64,000 nucleotides of DNA from the human T2T-CHM13v2.0 reference genome, Homo sapiens. Where the stretch lies: the NCBI RefSeq assembly GCF_009914755.1, contig NC_060933.1. One strand, 5' to 3'. Both the position numbers and the translations under genes were made by a program. The first letter of the stretch is position 1; every line of letters starts with the position of its first letter. The notes below the pieces were generated by a model that saw only the letters and a program-made list of their open reading frames with translations, did not search any database and was not told the DNA's origin. Below are positions 56,340 to 64,000 of this stretch, piece after piece.

Positions 56340-59300
56340 ACTCGGGTTGATTCTATTAGTTTCCATTCCATTCCATTCTCTTCCATTCCACTCTGGGTGA
56401 TTCCATTCCTTTCCATTCCACTCGAATACATTCCCTCCTATTCTACTCGGAACGATTCCATTCCATTCAATTCCATTCCATTCCATTCCATTCCATTTCA
56501 TTCCATTCCATTCTGTTCCGTATCATTCTATTCCATTCCATTCCATTCCCTTCCATTCCATTCCATTACATTCCACTCGTGTTGATTCCATTCCTTTCCA
56601 TTCCATTCGGTTTGAAGGCATTCCATTCCATTCCATTCCATTCCATTCCATTCCATTGTACTCGGGTTGATTCCATTCCATTGCATTCCATTCCATTCCA
56701 ATCCGTTGCATTCCATTCCATTACATTCGGATTGATTCTATTCAACTCCCTTACTCTCCATTACATTCCATTCCATTCTGGTTGTTCCATTCCATTCCAT
56801 TCCATTCCACTCCATTCCATTGCACTCGGGTTGATTCCATTCCATTCCATTCCATTCCATTCCATTCCGGATGATTCCGTTCCATTGCATTCCGTTCCAT
56901 TACATTCCCCTGCACTCGCGTTGATTCCATTCCATTCCATTCCATTCCATTCCATTCAATTCCATTCCATTACAATTCGTTCCATTCCATTCTATTCCGT
57001 AGCATTCCATTCCATTCCATACCATTCCATTCCATTCCATTCCATTCCATTCCATTCCGTTCCGTTCCATTCCGTTCCATTCCATTCCATTCCATTCTAT
57101 TCGGGTTAATTCCATTCCATTCCATTCCAATCTATTCCATTCCATTGCAATCGGGTTGAATCCATTGCATTTCAATCCATTCCATTCCATTCCATTCCAT
57201 TCCATTGCAATCGAGTTGAATCCATTGCATTTCATTCCATTCCATTCCATTCCATTCCATTCCGGAAGATTCCATTCCACTGCATTCCATTCCATTCCAT
57301 TCCCCTGCACTCGCGTTGATTCCATTCCATTCCATTCCATTCCATTCCGTTCCGTTCCGTTCCATTTCATTCCATTCCTTTCCATTCCATTCAGTTCCGT
57401 TCCATTCCATTCCATTCCATTCTATTCGGGTTAATTCCATTCCATTCCATTCGAATGCAATCGAGATGTTTCCATTCCATTCCATTCCATTCCGTTCCGG
57501 ATGATTCCATTCTATTGCATTCCATTCCATTCCATTCCCCTGCAGTCGGGTTGATTCCATTCCATTCCATTCCATTCCATTCCATTCCATTCCATTCCAT
57601 TCCATTCCATTCCGTTCCATTCCATTCCATTCCATTCTATTCGGGTTAATTCCATTCCATTCCTTTCCATTCCATTCCATTCCATTCCAATCGAGTTGAT
57701 TCCATTCCATTCCATTCCATTCCATTCCACTCCATTCCAGTCCTTTCCATTCCATTCCACTCGGGTTGATTCCATTCTATTCCTTTCCATTCCATTCCAT
57801 TCCATTGCAATCGAGTTGATTCCATTGCTTTGCATTCTATTCCATTCCATTCCATTCCGGATGATTCCATTCCATTGCATTCCATTCCATTCCATTCCCC
57901 TGCACTCGGGTTGATTCCATTCCATTCCACTGCATTCCGTTCCATTCTAGTCCATTCCATTGTATTCGGGTTAATTCCATTCCATTCCATTCCATTCCAT
58001 TCCATTCCATTCCATTCCATTACAATGTAGTTGATTCCATTCCATTCCATTCCATTGCATTCCATTCCATTCCAGTCCTTTCCATTCCATTCCACTCGGG
58101 TTGATTCCATTCTATTAGTTTCCATTCCATTCCATTCCCTTCCATTCCAATCTGGTTGATTCCATTCCTTTCCATTCCACTCGAATACATTCCCTCCTAT
58201 TCCACTCAGAACGATTCCATTCCATTCCATTCCATTCCATTCCATTCCATTCCATTCCATTCCAATTCGTTCCATTCCATTCTAATCCGTACCATTCTAT
58301 TCCATTCCATTCCTTTCCATTCCATTCCATTCCACTCGTGGTGATTCCATTCCTTTCCATTCCATTCGGTTTGAAGGCATTCCATTCCATTCCATTCCAT
58401 TCCATTCCATTCCATTCCATTCCATTCCATTGTACTCGAGTTGATTCCATTCCATTGCATTCAATTCCATTCCATTCCATTCCATTGTACTCGAGTTGAT
58501 TCCATTCCATTGCATTCCATTCCATTCCATTCCATTCCATTCCGTTGCATTCTATTCCATTACATACGGATTGATTCTATTCAACTCCCTTACTCTCCAT
58601 TACATTCCATTCCATTCGGGTTGTTCCATTCCATTCCATTCCATTCCACTCCATTCCATTGCACTCGGGTTGATTCCATTCCATTCCATTCCATTCCATT
58701 CCATTCCGGATGATTCCATTCCATTGCATTCCGTTCCATTACATTCCCCTGCACTCGCGTTGATTCCATTCCATTCCATTCCATTCCATTCAATGCCATT
58801 CCATTGCAATTCGTTCCATTCCATTCTATTCCGTACCATTCCATTCCATTCCATACCATTCCATTCCATTCCATTCCATTCCGTTCCATTGTGTTCCTTT
58901 CCATTCCATTCCATTCTATTCGGATTAATTCCATTCCATTCCATTCCATTCCATTCTATTCCATTCCATTGCAATCGAGTTGAATCCATTGCATTTCATT
59001 CCATTCCATTCCATTCCATTCCATTCCATTCCGGAAGATTCCATTCCATTGCATTCCATTCCATTCCATTCCCCTGCACTCGCGTTGATTCCATTCCATT
59101 CCATTCCATTCCATTCCATTCCGTTCCGTTCAATTCCATTCCATTCCATTCCATTCCATTCCATTCCATTCCCTTCCGTTCCGTTCCATTCCATTCCATT
59201 CCATTCTATTCGGGTTAATTCCTTTCCATTCCATTCGATTGCAATCGAGTTGATTCCATTCCATTCCATTCCATTCCTTTCCATTCCATTACGGATGATT

Positions 59301-62300
59301 CCATTCCATTGCATTCCATTCCATTCCATTTCCCTGTACTCGGGTTGATTCCATTCCATTCCATTCCAATCCATACTATTCCACTCGTGTTGATTCCATT
59401 CTTTCCATTCCATTCAAGTTGAATCCATTCCATTGCATTCCATTCCATTTGATTCCATTCGATTGCACTCGGGTTGATTCCATTACAATGCATTCCATTC
59501 CATTCCATTCCATTCCATTCCATTCCATTCCGTTCCATTCCATTCCATTACATTCGGATTGATTCTATTCAATTCCCTTACACTCCATTACATTCCATTC
59601 CATTCGGGTAGTTTCCATTCCATTCCATCCATTCCTCTCCATTCCATTGCACTCGGGTTGATTCCATTCCATTGCATTCCATTCCATTCCATTCCATTCA
59701 ATTCCGTTCCATTCCATTCCATTACATTCGGATTGATTCTATTCAACTCCCTTACTCTCCATTACATTCCATTCCATTCGGGTTGTTCCATTCCATTCCA
59801 TTCCATTCCACTCCATTCCACTGCACTCGGGTTGATTCCATTCCATTCCATTCCATTCCATTCCATTCCATTCCGGAAGATTCCATTCCATTGCATTCCA
59901 TTCCATTCCATTCCCCTCCACTCGCGTTGATTCCATTCCATTCCATTCTATTCCATTCCATTCCCTTCCTTTCCGTTCCATTCCATTCCATTCCATTCCA
60001 TTCCGTTCCGTTCCGTTCCATTCCATTCCATTCCATTCTATTTGGGTTAATTCCATTCCATTCCATTCGATTGCAATCGAGTTGATTCTATTCCATTCCA
60101 TTCCATTCCATTCCATTCCATTCCATTCCATTCCGGAAGATTCCATTCCATTGCATTCCATTCCATTCCATTCCCCTGTACTCGGGTTGACTCCATTCCA
60201 TTCCATTCCAATCCATGCCATTCCATTCGTGTTGATTCCATTCTTTCCATTCCATTCAAGTTGAATCCATTCCATTGCATTCTATTCCATTCCATTCCCC
60301 TGCAGTCTGGTTGATTCCATTCCATTCCATTCCATTCCATTCCATTCCAGTCCTTTCCATTCCATTCCACTCGGGTTGATTCCATTCTATTAGTTTCCAT
60401 TCCATTCCATTCTCTTCCATTCCACTCTGGGTGATTCCATTCCTTTCCATTCCACTCGAATACATTCCCTCCTATTCTACTCGGAACGATTCCATTCCAT
60501 TCCATTCCATTCCATTCCATTCCATTCCATTTCGTTCCATTCCATTCTGTTCCGTATCATTCCATTCCATTCCATTCCATTCCATTCCCTTCCATTCCAT
60601 TCCATTACATTCCACTCGTGTTGATTCCATTCCTTTCCATTCCATTCGTTTTGAAGGCATTCCATTCCATTCCATTCCATTCCATTCCATTCCATTCCAT
60701 TGTACTCGGGTTGATTCCATTCCATTGCATTCCATTCCATTCCAATCCGTTGCATTCCATTCCATTACATTCGGATTGATTCTATTCAACTCCCTTACTC
60801 TCCATTACATTCCGTTCCATTCTGGTTGTTCCATTCCATTCCATTCCATTCCACTCCATTCCATTGCACTCGGGTTGATTCCATTCCTTTCCATTCCATT
60901 CCATTCCATTCCGGATGATTCCGTTCCATTGCATTCCGTTCCATTACATTCCCCTGCACTCGCGTTGATTCCATTCCATTCCATTCCATTCCATTCCATT
61001 CAATTCCATTCCATTACAATTCGTTCCATTCCATTCTATTCCGTAGCATTCCATTCCATTCCATACCATTCCATTCCATTCCATTCCATTCCGTTCCGTT
61101 CCATTCCGTTCCATTCCATTCCATTCCATTCCCTTCTATTCGGGTTAATTCCATTCCATTCCATTCCTATCTATTCCATTCCATTGCAATCGGGTTGAAT
61201 CCATTGCATTTCAATCCATTCCATTCCATTCCATTCCATTCCATTGCAATCGAGTTGAATCCATTGCATTTCATTCCATTCCATTCCATTCCATTCCATT
61301 CCGGAAGATTCCATTCCATTGCATTCCATTCCATTCCATTCCCCTGCACTCGCGTTGATTCCATTCCATTCCATTCCATTCCATTCCGTTCCGTTCCGTT
61401 CCATTTCATTCCATTCCTTTCCATTCCATTCAGTTCCATTCCATTCCATTCCATTCCATTCTATTCGGGTTAATTCCATTCCATTCTATTCGAATGCAAT
61501 CGAGTTGATTCCATTCCATTCCATTCCATTCCGTTCCGGATGATTCCATTCTATTGCATTCCATTCCATTCCATTCCCCTGCAGTCGGGTTGATTCCATT
61601 CCATTCCATTCCATTCCATTCCATTCCATTCCATTCCATTCCGTTCCATTCCATTCCATTCCATTCTATTCGGGTTAATTCCATTCCATTCCTTTCCATT
61701 CCATTCCATTCCATTCCAATCGAGTTGATTCCATTCCATTCCATTCCATTCCATTCCACTCCATTCCAGTCCTTTCCATTCCATTCCACTCGGGTTGATT
61801 CCATTCTATTCCTTTCCATTCCATTCCATTCCATTGCAATCGAGTTGATTCCATTGCTTTGCATTCTATTCCATTCCATTCCATTCCGGATGATTCCATT
61901 CCATTGCATTCCATTCCATTCCATTCCCCTGCACTCGGGTTGATTCCATTCCATTCCACTCCATTCCGTTCCATTCTAGTCCATTCCATTGTATTCGGGT
62001 TAATTCCATTCCATTCCATTCCATTCCATTCCATTCCATTACAATGTAGTTGATTCCATTCCATTCCATTCCATTCCATTCCATTCCAGTCCTTTCCATT
62101 CCGTTCCACTCGGGTTGATTCCATTCTATTAGTTTCCATTCCATTCCATTCCCTTCCATTCCAATCTGGTTGATTCCATTCCTTTCCATTCCACTCGAAT
62201 ACATTCCCTCCTGTTCCACTCAGAACGATTCCATTCCATTCCATTCCATTCCATTCCATTCCATTCCATTCCAGTTCGTTCCATTCCATTCTATTCCGTA

Positions 62301-62400
62301 GCATTCTATTCCATTCCATTCCTTTCCATTCCATTCCATTCCACTCGTGGTGATTCCATTCCTTTCCATTCCATTCGGTTTGAAGGCATTCCATTCCATT
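56340..62400 (-). repeat. ~2.1 kb segment duplicated at ~4.01-4.04 kb offset (56340-58400 / 60370-62400)
   Basis: Matching ORFs 56751/60795, 57156/61195, 57830/61859. Private alleles CCGTAGCATT ~56997/61041, ATTCTAGTCC ~57944/~61973, TACAATGTAG 58021/62040, ACTCAGAACG ~58204/~62218. Confidence 0.88.
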
Positions 62401-62505
62401 CCATTCCATTCCATTCCATTCCATTCCATTCCACTCGTGTTGATTCCATTCCTTTCCATTCCATTCGGTTTGAAGGCATTCCATTCCATTCCATTCCATT
62501 CCATT
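62341..62505 (-). repeat. 90-bp tandem duplication
   Basis: CCACTCGTG(G/T)TG...CGGTTTGAAGGCATT at 62341 and 62431. Confidence 0.9.
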
Positions 62506-64000
62506 GTACTCGGGTTGATTCCATTCCATTGCATTCCATCCCATTCCATTCCGTTCCAATCCGTTGCATTCCATTCCATTACATTCGGATTGATTCTATT
62601 CAACTCCCTTACTCTCCATTACATTCCATTCCATTCGGGTTGTTCCATTCCATTCCATTCCATTCCACTCCATTCCATGGCACTCGGGTTGATTCCATTC
62701 CTTTCCATTCCATTCCATTCCATTCCGGATGATTCCATTCCATTGCATTCCGTTCCATTATTTTCCCCTGCACTCGCGTTGATTCCATTCCATTCCATTC
62801 CATTCCATTCCATTCCATTCAATTCCATTCCATTACAATTCGTTCCATTCCATTCTATTCCGTACCATTCCATTCCATTCCATACCATTCAATTCTTTCC
62901 ATTCCATTCCATTCCATTCCATTCCATTCCATTTCGTTCCATTCCGTTCCATTCCAATCCATTCCATTCTATTCGGGTTAATTCCATTCCATTCCATTCC
63001 ATTCCATTCCATTCCATTCCATTCCAATCTATTCCATTCCATTGCAATCGAGTTGAATCCATTGCATTTCATTCCATTCCATTCCATTCCATTCCATTGC
63101 AATCGAGTTGAATCCATTGCATTTCATTCCATTCCATTCCATTCCATTCCATTCCGGAAGATTCCATTCCATTGCATTCCATTCCATTCCATTCCCCTGC
63201 ACTCGAGTTGATTCCATTCCATTCCATTCCATTCCATTCCATTCCGTTCCGTTCCGTTCCGTTCCATTTCATTCCATTCCATTCCATTCCATTCCGTTCC
63301 GTTCCATTCCATTCCATTCCATTCCATTCCATTCCATTTCCTTCCATTCCATTCCATTCCATTCCATTCCATTCCATACCATTCCATTCCATTCCATTTC
63401 CTTCCATTCCATTCCATTCCATTCCATTCCATTCCATTCCATTCCATTCTATTAGGGTTAATTCCATTCCATTCCATTCCATTCCATTCCATTCCATGCC
63501 ATTCCACTCGGGTTGATTCCATTCCTTTCCATTCCATTCGAGTTGAATCCATTCCATTCCATTCTATTCCATTCCATTCCTTTCCATTCCATTCAATTCC
63601 ATTCTATTCCGGTTAATTCCATTCCATTCCATTCCATTCCATTCCATTCCATTTCATTGCAATCGAGTTGATTCCATTGCATTCCATTCCATTCCATTCC
63701 AGTCCTTTCCATTCCATTCCACTCGGGTTGATTCCATTCTATTCCTTTCCATTCCATTCGATTGCATTCCATTCCACTCGATTCCATTCCATCCCACTAT
63801 GGTTGATTCCATTCCTTTTCATTCCACTCGAAAACATTCCCTTCTATTCCACTCGGAATGATTCCATTCCATTCCATTCCATTCCATTCCATTTCGTTCC
63901 ATTACATTCTATTCTGTACCATTCCACTCCATTCCCTTCCATTCCATTCCATTCCATTGCACTCGGGTTGATTCCATTCCATTCCATTGCGTTCCATTCC

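Larger units (their letters stand above)
43805..64000 (-). repeat. Satellite III (HSat3) array, inverted (CATTC on +, GGAAT on -)
   Basis: Same module set in reverse complement (ACTCGGGTTG, AATCGAGTTG, CTATTCGGGTTAA, CCGGATG) in a (CATTC)n backbone, running to the window end. Confidence 0.97.

Noticed and set aside
93-63787. Hundreds of overlapping ORFs up to 425 aa (MEWNG / IPFHS repeats)
   Set aside because: They are an automatic result of a stop-free 5-mer. They overlap in all frames on both strands and show no domain or coding signal, so they are not CDS.
1-64000. CRISPR-like look of recurring CAACCCGAGT words with intervening sequence
   Set aside because: The intervening sequence is the GGAAT repeat, not unique spacers; spacing is irregular and there are no cas genes or leader.
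1-64000. Assignment to HSat2 or DYZ1, or a firm chromosome call
   Set aside because: The HSat2 CATTCGATTC/GATGAT-dominated pattern and a regular DYZ1-type ~3.5 kb period are not seen. Chr9 is plausible but needs a k-mer or alignment search that I cannot run.

Overview
The whole 64 kb window is classical satellite DNA: a diverged (GGAAT)n/(CATTC)n pentamer array punctuated by CAACCCGAGT-type 10-mers. That is the signature of human/hominoid Satellite III (HSat3, CAACCCGAGT-bearing type). A chr9q12-like origin is plausible but cannot be proven from the sequence alone. I see no genes, RNA genes, transposons or CRISPR arrays; every listed ORF is a trivial translation of the pentamer (MEWNG / IPFHS). 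The real structure is as follows. (1) One clean strand switch at 43805-43808 (TGCA) puts the GGAAT strand head-to-head, with about 0.9 kb of in-register but diverged inverted arms around a ~130 bp spacer. (2) A fixed vocabulary of non-pentamer modules occurs in conserved order; one of them (GGAAT-CTTCC-GGAAT) is a perfect three-unit heat-shock element, seen about 34 times by manual count. (3) Patchwork multi-kb duplications occur at offsets of ~2.65, 6.64, 7.56, 10.05, 1.67, 2.95, 1.89 and 4.04 kb. (4) A distinct sub-array at ~20.4-28.0 kb has its own ~1 kb unit. (5) There are several young 55-200 bp tandem duplications and one traceable 179 bp deletion. All positions and counts were read by eye and may be off by a few bases. 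I found no evidence for a new protein-coding system.
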